From NCBI GenBank assembly GCA_040776945.1, contig JAXGZN010000001.1, forward strand, positions 800,001-864,000: a DNA stretch of 64,000 bases, in the 5' to 3' direction. Both the position numbers and the translations under genes were made by a program. Origin of the DNA: Methanomassiliicoccaceae archaeon (GTDB taxonomy: Archaea; Thermoplasmatota; Thermoplasmata; Methanomassiliicoccales; Methanomassiliicoccaceae). This document shows, in pieces, positions 1 through 12,500 of the stretch (position 1 is the first letter of the stretch; each line of letters begins with the position of its first letter). The notes under the pieces are model-generated. The model did not search any database and was not told the origin of the DNA. It saw only the letters and a list, made by a program, of their open reading frames with translations.

Positions 1-1294
1 GGGAGGCGAACGCCAGGACGCGGTTCATTCCGCCCTCGAGCTGTCCGGCGGTGTCCGGGCAGGCCTCGGCCACAATCTCCAGGACGTCGTCGCCTACCAC
101 GCAGCCCCCCCTTGAGGCCACCTTCCTGAGCATGCCGATCCGGGTCGCTTGGTCCAGCGGCCCGATCTCCACCACCAGCCCGGACTCCATCCTCGCCGCC
201 AAGCGGTCGGCGAGGGAGGGGATCCTTCTAGGCTCGCGGTCGGCGGTCATCACCACCTGCTTCCCGGCGGCGATCAGGCGGTTCACCGCCCGCATGAGGT
301 CGTCCTGCGCCCCCTCCCTGCCCGACAGCATCTGGACGTCGTCGATCAGCAGCGCATCGGCGGTGTCCAGTTCCTGGCGCAGGGAGGCCCGCGCCGCCTC
401 CGTGGTGCCGAGGTCCACCGAGTCCAGGGGTAGATAGACGACGTTCAGCTCCCGCCTCAGCCTCTTCATCTCATGCCCCACCGCCTGAAGGAGGTGGCTC
501 TTGCCCATCCCCTGGCGGGAGTGGATCACCAGCGGGTTGTATCGCCGTCCGGGCTCGGCGGCCACCGCCCGGGCGGCGGCCTCGGCGAAGCGGGAGCCGG
601 GGCCTCCCACGAACGCCGAGAACGAGGCCCGCGGGTCCATACGAGGTATCGAGGGGCTCTCCTCTTCCCGGGACGCGCAGCGCGGGCAGTAACCCAGAAG
701 ATCGATGGGACCTCCGCAGTCGCAGCAGACCCCTATGCCCTGGGAATCAGCGCGCATCTTGTGGTACTGGAGAACGAGGTCGTAAACCCCGCGGGCCTGC
801 TTCTCTGCACGATGGTCGTCAGTCCCCAGGCCGGCAGCGGCCAAGAGGTACCCTCCGGTGTTCTCCGGCTCCGCCCGGCGCAGCTTGTCCGCCCTCACCT
901 TCTCGGGAGGCAGGACGTTCCGGGGAGCCTCCGCGCGACGGACCTTGGCCCCCGGGAAGAGCTGTTCGAAGTCCTTGAGGTTCACCTCGGAGTGGAGGGA
1001 GACGACCGCCTCAGGACGGCAAGCGTCGTACCACAGGTACTCCGAAGCCTTCTCCCCGAGGAACCACAGCTCGTCCATGCCAATAGGGCGGAAGACATGG
1101 AGGCAAAGCGACGGTGACCCTGCGTACACCGAGAGAATGGACTCCGAGCGCTCGCCTTCGGCGCTGAGGACCACCTTGATGTAGCCGTTCAGGGAGGCCG
1201 AGCGGGCGCTCTCCGCCGCCTGGTCCAAGACGCCATCGCCCCCCTTCCACCGGGAGACGACCAGCCCCTGAGGGATGCCGAGCTCGAGAAGCAC
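1..1294 (-). CDS. Chimeric DnaA/Hda-family AAA+ protein: N-terminal DUF2226-like domain, Zn ribbon, DnaA domain III; C-terminus runs off the window
   Basis: Hand translation from GTG 1294, with no stop found in the stretches read: LNGYIKVVL..LGEKASEYLW (DUF2226-like); CCDC..YCPRC (677-727); SFSAFVGGPGSRFAEAAARAVAAEPGRRYNPLVIHSRQGMGKSHLLQAVG (Walker A); LLIDDVQ (Walker B); RLAARMESGL; QLEGGMNRVLAFAS. Missing from the ORF track because it has no stop inside the window. Confidence 0.85.
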   Translation of the reverse strand, partial: MLLELGIPQGLVVSRWKGGDGVLDQAAESARSASLNGYIKVVLSAEGERSESILSVYAGSPSLCLHVFRPIGMDELWFLGEKASEYLWYDACRPEAVVSLHSEVNLKDFEQLFPGAKVRRAEAPRNVLPPEKVRADKLRRAEPENTGGYLLAAAGLGTDDHRAEKQARGVYDLVLQYHKMRADSQGIGVCCDCGGPIDLLGYCPRCASREEESPSIPRMDPRASFSAFVGGPGSRFAEAAARAVAAEPGRRYNPLVIHSRQGMGKSHLLQAVGHEMKRLRRELNVVYLPLDSVDLGTTEAARASLRQELDTADALLIDDVQMLSGREGAQDDLMRAVNRLIAAGKQVVMTADREPRRIPSLADRLAARMESGLVVEIGPLDQATRIGMLRKVASRGGCVVGDDVLEIVAEACPDTAGQLEGGMNRVLAFAS

Positions 1295-1321
1295 ACTGAC
1301 CGGCGCAGCATCGCCCGGCGC

Positions 1322-1336
1322 GCTTAAAGCGTTTAT
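1322..1336 (-). promoter_or_regulatory. Putative BRE/TATA of the dnaA-like gene (near-leaderless)
   Basis: Minus strand reads AAACGCTTTAAG about 30 nt upstream of GTG 1294. Confidence 0.45.
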
Positions 1337-1370
1337 GTCATGGCTCCGTTCCAGCATAACGAGGGCCGAA

Positions 1371-1386
1371 GAAAAACATTAAATTG
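1371..1386 (+). promoter_or_regulatory. Putative BRE/TATA of tRNA-Thr
   Basis: GAAAAACATTAAATT about 30 nt upstream of the tRNA 5' end. Confidence 0.5.
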
Positions 1387-1412
1387 GGGAATGGCTTGAT
1401 GGAAACCATCAT

Positions 1413-1514
1413 GCCACTGTAGCTCAGCGGTAGTTCCCGGCCGGCCGGGGACCGCGAAAGAGCGACAGTTTCGTAAACTGTAGGCCGGGGGTTCGAAACC
1501 CCTCAGTGGCTCCA
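1413..1514 (+). tRNA. tRNA-Thr(CGU) with a 25-nt intron in the D-loop (about 1433-1457); CCA encoded
   Basis: Acceptor stem GCCACTG/CAGTGGC, D-stem GCTC/GAGC, anticodon arm ACAGT-TT-CGT-AA-ACTGT, T arm GGGGG-TTCGAAA-CCCCT, 3' TCCA. The D-loop insertion folds as a bulge-helix-bulge. Confidence 0.9.
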
Positions 1515-1515
1515 C

Positions 1516-2790
1516 TCATCCCTTCTTGAGGTAATCGTTGACGATCTTGATGGCGCAGACGTCGCCGCACATCGAGCATCCTTCCTTCTCATCGGTCACT
1601 CCCCGCGAGCGGTACTCTCTGGCCTTGGCCTCGTCTATGGCCTCACGGTACATGCCGTCCCAGTCCAGCGCCTTCCGGGCCAGGGACATCCGCATGTCCC
1701 GGTCCTTGCCCCGGCCCCGGGCGATGTCCGCGGCATGGGCCGCGATCTTCGACGCTATGAGGCCGTCCTTCACATCCTGGGGGGTAGGCAGGGAAAGATG
1801 CTCGGCCGGGGTCACGTAGCACAGGAAGTCAGCTCCGTGGTACGCGGCGAGAGCGCCGCCGATCGCCGCGGTGATGTGGTCGTATCCCGGAGCGATGTCC
1901 GTCACCAGGGGGCCGAGGACGTAGAACGGGGCGCCGTCGCACACGCTCTTCTGCAGCCGGACGTTCGCCTCCACCTGGTCCAGGGGCACGTGCCCTGGCC
2001 CCTCTACCATGGCCTGAACCCCGGCCCGGCGGCATCGGCGGACCAGCTCCCCGAGGTTCAGGAGCTCCTGCACCTGCGGACCGTCGGTGGCGTCATGCAC
2101 GCACCCTGGGCGGAAGCCGTCCCCCAGGGACAGAACGAACCCGTGCTCCCTCGCCAGCTCCAGCAGGTAGTCGAAGTTCTCATACAGCGGGTTCTCCTTT
2201 CCGTTGTGAAGAATCCACGCCACCAGGAAGGAGCCTCCCCGGGAAACCACATCGGTTATCCGGGGGCTCCGCCTCAGCCGCTCCACCGCCTCCCGGGTGA
2301 TGCCGCAGTGCACGGTCATGAAGTCCACGCCGTCCTTGGCATGCTGGACGATCCCGTTGAAGATGTCGTCCTCGTCCATGTCCACCAGGGCCCCCTTCCT
2401 TGCCATCCGCAGCCCGGTCTGGTAGATGGGCACCGTTCCGACCGGGACATCGCATGAAGCGAGCACCTTGCGGCGGATGGCGTCGATGTCCCCGCCGGTG
2501 CTGAGGTCCATTATCGCGTCGGCTCCGTACTGGAGGGAGATGCGGAGCTTCTCCATCTCCTCCTCCACCTCCACCCGGTCGCGGGAGGTCCCGAGGTTGA
2601 CGTTGACCTTGACCCTGAGCCCCTCCCCGATGCCGCAGGCCCGCGGCCGGTGCACGGGATTGCAGGGGATGACAACTCGGCCCTCGCGGAACCTCCTTGT
2701 GAGAACATGCTCATCGACGCCCTCGCTGCGGGCGATCTCCCGGATCCTGTCGCTATACGGTTCGCTTGCCACGACCATCTCGATCGGCAC
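1516..2790 (-). CDS. thiC: Phosphomethylpyrimidine synthase (ThiC family)
   Basis: KVNVNLGTS, IMDLSTGG, VGTVPIYQ, SRGGS, SLGDGFRPG, GYDHIT, LCYVTPAEHL, CSMCGDVC. Confidence 0.93.
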   Translation of the reverse strand: MPIEMVVASEPYSDRIREIARSEGVDEHVLTRRFREGRVVIPCNPVHRPRACGIGEGLRVKVNVNLGTSRDRVEVEEEMEKLRISLQYGADAIMDLSTGGDIDAIRRKVLASCDVPVGTVPIYQTGLRMARKGALVDMDEDDIFNGIVQHAKDGVDFMTVHCGITREAVERLRRSPRITDVVSRGGSFLVAWILHNGKENPLYENFDYLLELAREHGFVLSLGDGFRPGCVHDATDGPQVQELLNLGELVRRCRRAGVQAMVEGPGHVPLDQVEANVRLQKSVCDGAPFYVLGPLVTDIAPGYDHITAAIGGALAAYHGADFLCYVTPAEHLSLPTPQDVKDGLIASKIAAHAADIARGRGKDRDMRMSLARKALDWDGMYREAIDEAKAREYRSRGVTDEKEGCSMCGDVCAIKIVNDYLKKG

Positions 2791-3030
2791 GGACTAAGCG
2801 CGTCCCCCTAAAAGACCCTTGCTTCGGGGGCGATGGTTTAGGCATGTCTAAATAATCATGTTGGAAGAAGGCATCTTAACAGAGGTTCACAATGTGAGTG
2901 GCCCACTTATATAGCCAGATGCACCTAGAAGGGTATTAATACGTTGAGCCCTTTACCAAAGTCGTCGAGATAGAGGAAGGGATGCACATATTCTGCAATA
3001 TAAAATCGACCGGGTCAGCCCAGATGCTGA

Positions 3031-4962
<1,932 letters not shown>

Positions 4963-4975
4963 GGGGGAACTTACA

Positions 4976-7522
4976 ATGGCGGAAGAGAACAACGATAACA
5001 CAAACAATGCGCCGGCGGGATCGGCGGGCAAGGAGGTCCACCGGCCGATCGAGCAGGAGATGAAGAAGTCGTACATCGACTACGCGATGAGCGTCATCGT
5101 CGGGAGAGCGCTCCCGGACGTCAGGGACGGCCTCAAGCCGGTGCACCGGCGCATCCTATACACAATGTACGAACTGGGTAACACATTCAATAAACCTCAT
5201 AAAAAGTGTGCCAGGATAGTCGGCGACGCACTTGGGAAGCTGCATCCTCACGGCGACACCGCGGTCTACGACGCCCTGGTCCGCATGGCCCAGGACTTCT
5301 CCTTGCGTTACACCTTGGTCGACGGGCACGGCAACTTCGGCAGCGTTGACGGCGACAGCGCGGCGGCGATGCGTTACACCGAGTGCCGGCTGGACAAGAT
5401 AGCCGAGGAGATGCTGCAGGACCTCGAAAAGGAAACGGTCGACTGGGCCGATAACTTCGACGGCACGCTCAAGGAGCCCGTTGTCCTGCCCTCGAAGCTC
5501 CCCAACCTGCTGGTCAACGGCTCCTCGGGCATCGCCGTGGGCATGGCGACCAACATCCCGCCCCATAATCTAAGGGAGGTGTGCGACGCGCTCGTCCATC
5601 TCATAGATGAGCCGTCGGCGGACAGCCTGGACCTTATGGCCTACGTCAGGGGGCCGGACTTCCCCACCGGCGGCATCATCTACGGCACCAACGGGATCGT
5701 CGAGGCCTATTCCACCGGCAAAGGCCGCCTGAAGGTGAGAGCGCGCACGTTCGTGGAGGAACACGAGGGCCGGAAGCGCATCATCGTGTCCGAGATACCA
5801 TACCAGGTGAACAAGTCCAACCTGCTGGAGAGCATCGCTGACCTGGTCAAGGACAAGAAGATCGAGGGCATCACGGACCTCAGGGACGAGAGCGACCGCG
5901 ACGGGATGCGCATCGTCATCGAGGTGCGCAAGGACGCCATGGAAGAGATTGTCCTCAACCAGCTGTTCGCGCACACCCAGATGGAGGTGACCTTCGGGGT
6001 CATCAATCTCGCCCTGGTGAACAACGAGCCGAAGGTCTTGACGCTCAAGGAGATGCTCCAGGCGTACGTCGACTACCGCAAGGAGGTCGTGACCAAGCGC
6101 GTGCAGTACGAGCTCCGGCAGGCGCTGGCCAGGGACCACATACTGCAGGGGCTGATAAAGGCGGTCGATTCCATCGACGAGACCATACGCATCATCAGGG
6201 AAGCGCGCACGACGGACGAGGCGCGGGACTCGCTGATGAAGCGCTTCGAACTGGACGACGTGCAGGCGAAGGCCATATTGGAGATGCGCCTGCGGGCCCT
6301 TACTGGTCTTGAGATCGAGGACCTCAAGGCCGAATACCTCGCCCTGGAGGTCAAGATCAAGGAACTGCAGGACATCCTCGCCGACATCGCCAAGATAATG
6401 GCAATCATCAAGGATGAGCTGGCGGAGGTGCGGGCGGAGTACGGTGATGACCGGAAGACCGAGATCGTCATCGACACCGGCGAACTGGACATCGAGGACC
6501 TCATCCCCAACGAGGAGATGGTGGTCATGATCTCCAGCGACAACTACATCAAGCGGCTGCCGCTCGATACATACAAGCAGCAGCACCGCGGCGGGCAGGG
6601 TCTCCTGGGCATGCAGACCAAGGAGGACGACGAGGTGGTCGATCTCTTCGTGACCATGACCCACAACAACATCATGTTCTTCACCAACAAGGGCCGGGTA
6701 TACCAGCTCAAGGCGTACCGCATCCCGGTCGCCGGGCGTCATTCCAAGGGCAAGCCCATCGTGAACCTGCTGCCCAAGCTCGAGGAGGGGGAGAAGATCG
6801 AGGACAACCTGCCGATCGACTCACTGGACGAGAACCAGGACCTGATGTTCGCCACCCGCAGCGGCATCGTCAAGAGGACGCCGCTCAAGGAGTACCGCAA
6901 CATACGCTCCAGCGGGATAATCGCCATCAGCCTGCAGGAGGGCGACTCGCTCGTGGACACCCAGTTGGTCCGCCCAGGCGACGAGATCGTGCTGGCCACC
7001 CGAAAGGGCCAGGCCGCCAGGTTCGACGCCTCTCAGGTCCGCTCGGTCGGCCGCCCGGCCATTGGGGTCATCGGCATGCGGCCGGACGAGGACGACGAGG
7101 TGGTCAGCATGGCGGTGGTGAGGCCGGAGGACAAGCTGCTGTCGATCACCGAGAACGGCTACGGCAAGATATCGCTGGTGTCGGACTACCGCAAGACCAA
7201 ACGCGGAGGGAAGGGGGTCATCACCATACGGACCACCGAGCGCAACGGCTGGGTGGTCTCGGTGAGCGCCATCCACGACGACGACCAGATCATCCTGACC
7301 ACCGTCCAGGGGAACGTGATACGGACCAGGGCCGAGGAGATCAGGACCATGGGTCGGTCCACCCAGGGCGTGACCATCATGGGGCTGACCAACGGGGACA
7401 AGATAACCGCCGTGGCGCGCCTCGCTGGAGCGCGGGAGGAGATGGCCGTCGTGCACACTGAGGCCAAGGAGGGCGATGACGTCCTTCCGCTGGTCAAGGA
7501 ACCCGATAACCCCGAAGAATAG
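4976..7522 (+). CDS. gyrA: DNA gyrase subunit A
   Basis: [36 protein letters not shown] catalytic Tyr, GyrA-box QHRGGQG, C-terminal pinwheel repeats. Confidence 0.97.
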   Translation: MAEENNDNTNNAPAGSAGKEVHRPIEQEMKKSYIDYAMSVIVGRALPDVRDGLKPVHRRILYTMYELGNTFNKPHKKCARIVGDALGKLHPHGDTAVYDALVRMAQDFSLRYTLVDGHGNFGSVDGDSAAAMRYTECRLDKIAEEMLQDLEKETVDWADNFDGTLKEPVVLPSKLPNLLVNGSSGIAVGMATNIPPHNLREVCDALVHLIDEPSADSLDLMAYVRGPDFPTGGIIYGTNGIVEAYSTGKGRLKVRARTFVEEHEGRKRIIVSEIPYQVNKSNLLESIADLVKDKKIEGITDLRDESDRDGMRIVIEVRKDAMEEIVLNQLFAHTQMEVTFGVINLALVNNEPKVLTLKEMLQAYVDYRKEVVTKRVQYELRQALARDHILQGLIKAVDSIDETIRIIREARTTDEARDSLMKRFELDDVQAKAILEMRLRALTGLEIEDLKAEYLALEVKIKELQDILADIAKIMAIIKDELAEVRAEYGDDRKTEIVIDTGELDIEDLIPNEEMVVMISSDNYIKRLPLDTYKQQHRGGQGLLGMQTKEDDEVVDLFVTMTHNNIMFFTNKGRVYQLKAYRIPVAGRHSKGKPIVNLLPKLEEGEKIEDNLPIDSLDENQDLMFATRSGIVKRTPLKEYRNIRSSGIIAISLQEGDSLVDTQLVRPGDEIVLATRKGQAARFDASQVRSVGRPAIGVIGMRPDEDDEVVSMAVVRPEDKLLSITENGYGKISLVSDYRKTKRGGKGVITIRTTERNGWVVSVSAIHDDDQIILTTVQGNVIRTRAEEIRTMGRSTQGVTIMGLTNGDKITAVARLAGAREEMAVVHTEAKEGDDVLPLVKEPDNPEE

Positions 7523-7530
7523 GCACCGCT

Positions 7531-7562
7531 GGCCCGCTGCGGGCCTCGGTAATATTTTTTAT
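7531..7562 (+). terminator. Putative terminator after gyrA
   Basis: GGCCCGC-T-GCGGGCC inverted repeat followed by a T-run at about 7555-7560. Confidence 0.45.
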
Positions 7563-7614
7563 TATTCAGGTAGATAACTATTTAATTGACAATGAAATTG
7601 AATCCGGGGGTGAC

Positions 7615-8319
7615 ATCACGCTCAGGGACTCCATAGCGGGGCTCGATCGGATATTCAGGACAGACATCGACGCTCCCAAGGTGATATTGGTCTCCGGTCC
7701 ACCCGGCTCGATGAAGACCAGCTTCTGTCATTCGGTCATGTCAGGTTATCTGAACAAGGCCGGCGAGATCGGACTGTACGTCACTTTGGAAGAGACCGTG
7801 GCCAGTCATCTCAGCAACATGCGGGGCCTGGGGATAGAGCCAAGCTCCAACATGGAGATCTCGGACATCACCGACCTCCGGGAGCTGGACGAGATCATCG
7901 AGGAGGACCGGCCTACCGATTACATCCAGTTCATTGAACAGACCATCGAGTACTACAAGAAGAAGCACGGCGATCGGTTCACAGTTTTCGCACTGGACTC
8001 TCTGGGGGCCCTGTACTCGCTCATGGACGACAGCGAAAACATGCGAAAGAAGATGTTCTATTTCTTCAAGACGCTGCGCGACCAGAACCTGGTGTCGTTC
8101 ATCGTCATGGAGAGGTCCAGGGGCGGGCCGTCCGACCTCCTCGGCAACGAGGGGTTCCTGGTGGACGGGATCATCGAGCTTGGGCTCGACCGCGCCAGGG
8201 GCAAGCTGGCCCGGTTCATCAGGGTCGAGAAGATGAGGGCCTGCAAGCACAGCATGGAAAAGCACACCGTCGAGGTCGGGGACAAGGGAATGACCATCCT
8301 CGGTCCGACCCTTGGGTAA
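7615..8319 (+). CDS. KaiC/RAD55-family ATPase (start probably upstream of GTG 7681)
   Basis: In-frame upstream residues ITLRDSIAGLDRIF match the family N-terminus; variant Walker A GPPGSMKT, YVTLEE, FALDSL, LVDGIIEL, RVEKMR. Confidence 0.85.
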   Translation: MTLRDSIAGLDRIFRTDIDAPKVILVSGPPGSMKTSFCHSVMSGYLNKAGEIGLYVTLEETVASHLSNMRGLGIEPSSNMEISDITDLRELDEIIEEDRPTDYIQFIEQTIEYYKKKHGDRFTVFALDSLGALYSLMDDSENMRKKMFYFFKTLRDQNLVSFIVMERSRGGPSDLLGNEGFLVDGIIELGLDRARGKLARFIRVEKMRACKHSMEKHTVEVGDKGMTILGPTLG

Positions 8320-8371
8320 TGACATGACCGCATACACGGCGCAGCCAGCAGAGGAATCCGGAGGATCGCAC

Positions 8372-9433
8372 ATGGCCAATGATGAGACCCCCATATGGGA
8401 GGTCATTGAGGAGTTCAAGGAGAAGGTTAAAAGCCAGGAATACGAGCTCAAGAAGCGCAGGGACAAGCTGGAGAGCACCGAGGAGGAGCTGTCCAGGGTC
8501 CACAAGGAGCTCGAGGAACGGACCGCCCAACTGGATGCCCGGGAGCGGGACATCCAGGGACGGCTTTCCGAACTTGTCCCGCGGGAGAACGCGGTCCAGG
8601 AGGCCGAGCTGGCCCTGCGCGCCCAAGAGAGGGAACTGCGTCTCCGCGAAGAGGAGGTGCAGCGCTCCAGGGTGGAGATCGAGCGCCGCCAGGCGGACCT
8701 CAGTCGCCAGGAGGAGGCCCTGGTCGCTCTGTCGGAGCGCTCAGCGGCATACGAGAGCAGCATCCAGGCAATGAGCGAGCAGATCAAGGAGATGGAGTCC
8801 GGACTTCTCAAGGACCAGGAACGCGCCAGGCAGCTCCTCGAAGAGCTCACCACGGCGAGAGAGGGCCTGCTGGCAAAGGGCAAGGTCCTTGCGGACCAGG
8901 AAGCCCTGCTGGCCGAGGGCCGCAGGATCGTCCTGGAGGAGCAGAAGCGCTTCGTCGGCTGGGAAAGGACCCTGAACGAGAGGGAGGAGAGCATCGCCCG
9001 CCGTTCATCGCTGCCGCCTCTCGAGGCGCCCACCGAAGAGCCCGAGCTGTCAGAGGCCTCACCGCCACATGAGCCTGAGCCAGTTGAGGCCGAGCCGGAG
9101 ATAGAGCCATCCATCGCCGAGCCAGAACCGGTTGCTGAGCCCGAACCGATCGAGGAGGACGAGGCCCCCACACCGGTCTACCGCGCCGAGGAGCCCGAAC
9201 CGATCGAGGAGGACGAGGCCCCCACACCGGTCTACCGCGCCGAGGAGCCGAGGCCGTCCGGGCCGGCATGCCCCAACTGCTCGGAGCCGGTCGCTGAGCA
9301 CGACGATAGATGCGGGCATTGCGATCACGCATTGAAGGAAACGCCCAAGGCAGGGGAAGCGGAGAAGGGGGACACGAAAGAGGACCCGTCGAAGAAGCCG
9401 GTTTCCATCCGCAAGATCATCCGCCGGAAGTAG
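8372..9433 (+). CDS. Coiled-coil protein with acidic Pro-rich linker and C-terminal Zn ribbon
   Basis: Long E/R/L heptad region; CPNC..CGHC; basic tail IRKIIRRK; GGAGG before ATG 8372 (ORF open from 8312). Confidence 0.8.
   Translation: MANDETPIWEVIEEFKEKVKSQEYELKKRRDKLESTEEELSRVHKELEERTAQLDARERDIQGRLSELVPRENAVQEAELALRAQERELRLREEEVQRSRVEIERRQADLSRQEEALVALSERSAAYESSIQAMSEQIKEMESGLLKDQERARQLLEELTTAREGLLAKGKVLADQEALLAEGRRIVLEEQKRFVGWERTLNEREESIARRSSLPPLEAPTEEPELSEASPPHEPEPVEAEPEIEPSIAEPEPVAEPEPIEEDEAPTPVYRAEEPEPIEEDEAPTPVYRAEEPRPSGPACPNCSEPVAEHDDRCGHCDHALKETPKAGEAEKGDTKEDPSKKPVSIRKIIRRK
9137..9249 (+). repeat. Perfect 54-bp tandem duplication (EPEPIEEDEAPTPVYRAE x2)
   Basis: Identical units start at 9137 and 9191. 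Confidence 0.9.
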
Positions 9434-9561
9434 GCCAGAAACCTCTTTTTTATTCATTCGTTTTTATCACATTGGATGGGTTCACTTTTTGTTAATTGTA
9501 TGCTCAGATATAAATAAAGAAAATCTGCTGATACAACCAATTTCCAACACAATATATAAAA

Positions 9562-12500
9562 ATGCCAGGTGGGTTCATGAAAGGTCGCATATTGGCCAGT
9601 AGAGCTGCGAGCGTCATGATCGCGATAGGCCTTCTTTTAACGCCGATCGCGAGCGTGGTGTTCCTCATGGGTACGACAGGGGGCGCGGGCCCGCTGCCGT
9701 CTGACTACTCGAACGGCGACCGCGTTATCGGTTCGGACTACGCGGTCGAAACGTGGAGCGTGACGTCCACATACACTATGAACGGGAACCTGACCATCAG
9801 GTCCGGCGGTGTGGTCACGGTCTCCGGCGGAGGCCTTGTGTTCGCTGAGAACACCGGTCCCGATAAGATCGCCGGTACCGCTGATGATCGAGTGTATACG
9901 CTAACGATAGAGGACGGCGGAAAGCTCATACTGAGCAACTCGACGCTCACCACTAACCTGAACCAGCTCAACTCCTTCCCCAGCTTGGGGGTCATCGTCC
10001 GCAACGGAGGCGTCCTGGAGGCATATGACAGCGTGCTGTCCTTCCCGGGCCACCTGGTGGTCGACGATTCCACGCTGACCATGTGGAGGTCCAACATCAC
10101 CGGCAACGATCAGGTCGGCATCTACTGTAATGACACCTTCTTCCCGGAGCAGATATTCCGATACGCCCCGGTCCTGATGTTCATGTCATCTACCGTCAAC
10201 CTGTTCGATTCCTCGCTGCCGAACATCTACCAGACCCCCAACTCCACCGCGTACAACACGACCGAGATGTACACGAGCATGTACAATCACAAGTATCCGT
10301 TCGCGGTCGATGTGAACAACCCAATAACCAAGGCCAGGGAGAGCACGGCCTACTATCTGGAAAGGATGCCCTCCGCCAAGGGCGCCAGCGATAACACCGG
10401 CTCGGTGCTGCGGAACCTCCAGATGTCCGACAGGCTGTATTACAACGTGACGAACGGACAGACCATGGCGCTGGACGGGTTCGACGCCGGCGGCCTAATG
10501 TTCAGCGCCTCCGACAGCGTGGTGGCGAGGCTGAACGTTCAATACTACACCGATATTGGATACTCCAGCCCCTCAACCGTGCAGTACCAGTTCCGCAACG
10601 GAGCTACCGGCTCGACGGCCCTTTCGTTCACCAATACGCCGATCAACCCGGTGACCGGCACGGCGGACGAGGCTACGGCCTCGGCGACCCTGCCTCTCAT
10701 GTCCTCCCTGGACCTGTACGGCCTGAACCTTAGGTTCACAAACAGCGGCGGCCAGACCATCCACATCAACAAGATATGGATAACCTTCGAGATAATCGCA
10801 CCCACCTATACCAGCATCAATCTGGCCGGCAACACTCAGCTGACCGCGGTCAACACCTTCCTTGGCGTGGACTTCTCCAACAAGGAGAACCACAACACCA
10901 TGGTGCTCCGCGACAACTCGATGGCCTACCTGTACGGAGTGTCTCTGGACAACAGCACGGAGAAGACGGTCTCTCCGGCCGATAGGCAGCCCGCCTTCGT
11001 GACCATAGACAAGACCTTGGAGGCCACCGTCTCGTCCAAGTCGGTGAACGACACCACCGGTGAGAACATCGGAAGCCTTACCGCGATAGATACTTCGTAC
11101 TACCAAATAATGCCTGGTAGGGTCATGGAGATCAACGGGTTCAACACAAGCGATCTTAACGGACCCCTGTCTGGAGCGACCATCACTCTGACATATTCGA
11201 CAAGCTCGGGCTACACTCCAGGCAATTACCTACAATGGAGAGCGGACGACGGAACCTTCCATAACACCGCAATCCGGCCCCAATATACGCCAACTGCGGT
11301 ATCTGCCAGCTTTAACCTTTATGGCAATGGCGTTACCGAGGTGTCCGACGTCAGGAACCTAGAGGTCAGGTTCGCGAATGCGCACGCTAGCGCCAACGTG
11401 ATCGTGAGCAAACTATCCGTTGCGATGACCGTCAGTCCGACCATCTACATCTACCGCTGGGCGAACCTGATGGTCACCGACGAGCAGTCCCTGCCGGTCT
11501 ACGGCGCTACCGTGTCGTCAGTGCTCCAGAACTCCGGCGCCCCGGCGTACTACTACACGCCCGGCGGCCTTAGCGCCTATCCGTCCAGCGAGGTGCTCCA
11601 GTACCTCGGCAAGGATCTGACGAGCTACGGCGCCACCGACAACGAGGGAAAGGCCAGCATGCCGTTCCTGTCAGAGGTGCTCAACCAGGCCAACCCCAAC
11701 CCGTACGCGGCCTTCGCCTACGAGCTGACGGTGACCTACCAGAACTCGACCGGTTCAGTGTTCACCAACACAACTGGACTGGCCTTCCGCCCCTACCCGG
11801 ACATGACCCCTGCCAATACTTGGAAGAGGGTCAACATCACCATGCCCTCGCTTGCCCTCGAGCTCCCGGACCTGGTGATGCTGCCGATCAGCCTAGCCCC
11901 GGCGACGATCTATGACGGGGAGAGCGTGCAGATATCGGCGGTCCTTCATAACCGCGGCAGGACCACCGCCACCAGGGTGGAGGTGTCCATCATCGGCTAC
12001 ATCAACGGCTCGATACCTGCGTTCTGGTCCAACCAGACCATCGACACGATAGCGCCCGGCACTGAGAACGATCAGCCGCTTGCTACCGTGACCTGGGCCC
12101 ATATACCTGCGGGCAAGCACATCGTCAGCGTGATAATCGACCCCGCTCGCAAGATATCCGAGGAGAGCAAGGCCAACAACGTGATGTCCAAGCAGTTCAC
12201 CGTCCTGGCGAACCTGCCCGACCTCACGCTCAGCTCGACGGACATCGTCTTCGATCCCCAGCCGGCCAGCTCCAGCGACCTGGTCACCGCCACCATCTAC
12301 GTCAACAACACTGGGCGGGCCTCGGCCGACAATGCCACCATCTCGCTGTATGCCGGTGATGCCAGCCTCGGAGGCCAGTTCATCGGGTCCACGGTGGTGA
12401 CGATATCCGCCGGAAGCTTCGTGAAGACCACCTACAGCTGGAAGCCTTCCCAGATCGGCACCTATCCAGTGTTCGTTTACGTGAACGCCGACCGCTCCAT

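Noticed and set aside
51-1250. Plus-strand and short ORFs listed in the track over 51-1250
   Set aside because: They are shadows of the minus-strand dnaA-like gene, which carries clear family motifs.
1413-1514. tRNA-Thr(CGU) acting as initiator for the ACG starts
   Set aside because: It has a G1-C72 pair and lacks the three G-C anticodon-stem pairs of initiator tRNAs, so the codon match is probably coincidence.
1333-1515. 60-aa minus ORF (also 23118-23306)
   Set aside because: These are antisense to tRNA genes and are typical spurious ORFs.
9137-9249. CRISPR-like repeat
   Set aside because: Two adjacent in-frame coding copies with no spacer and no cas genes.
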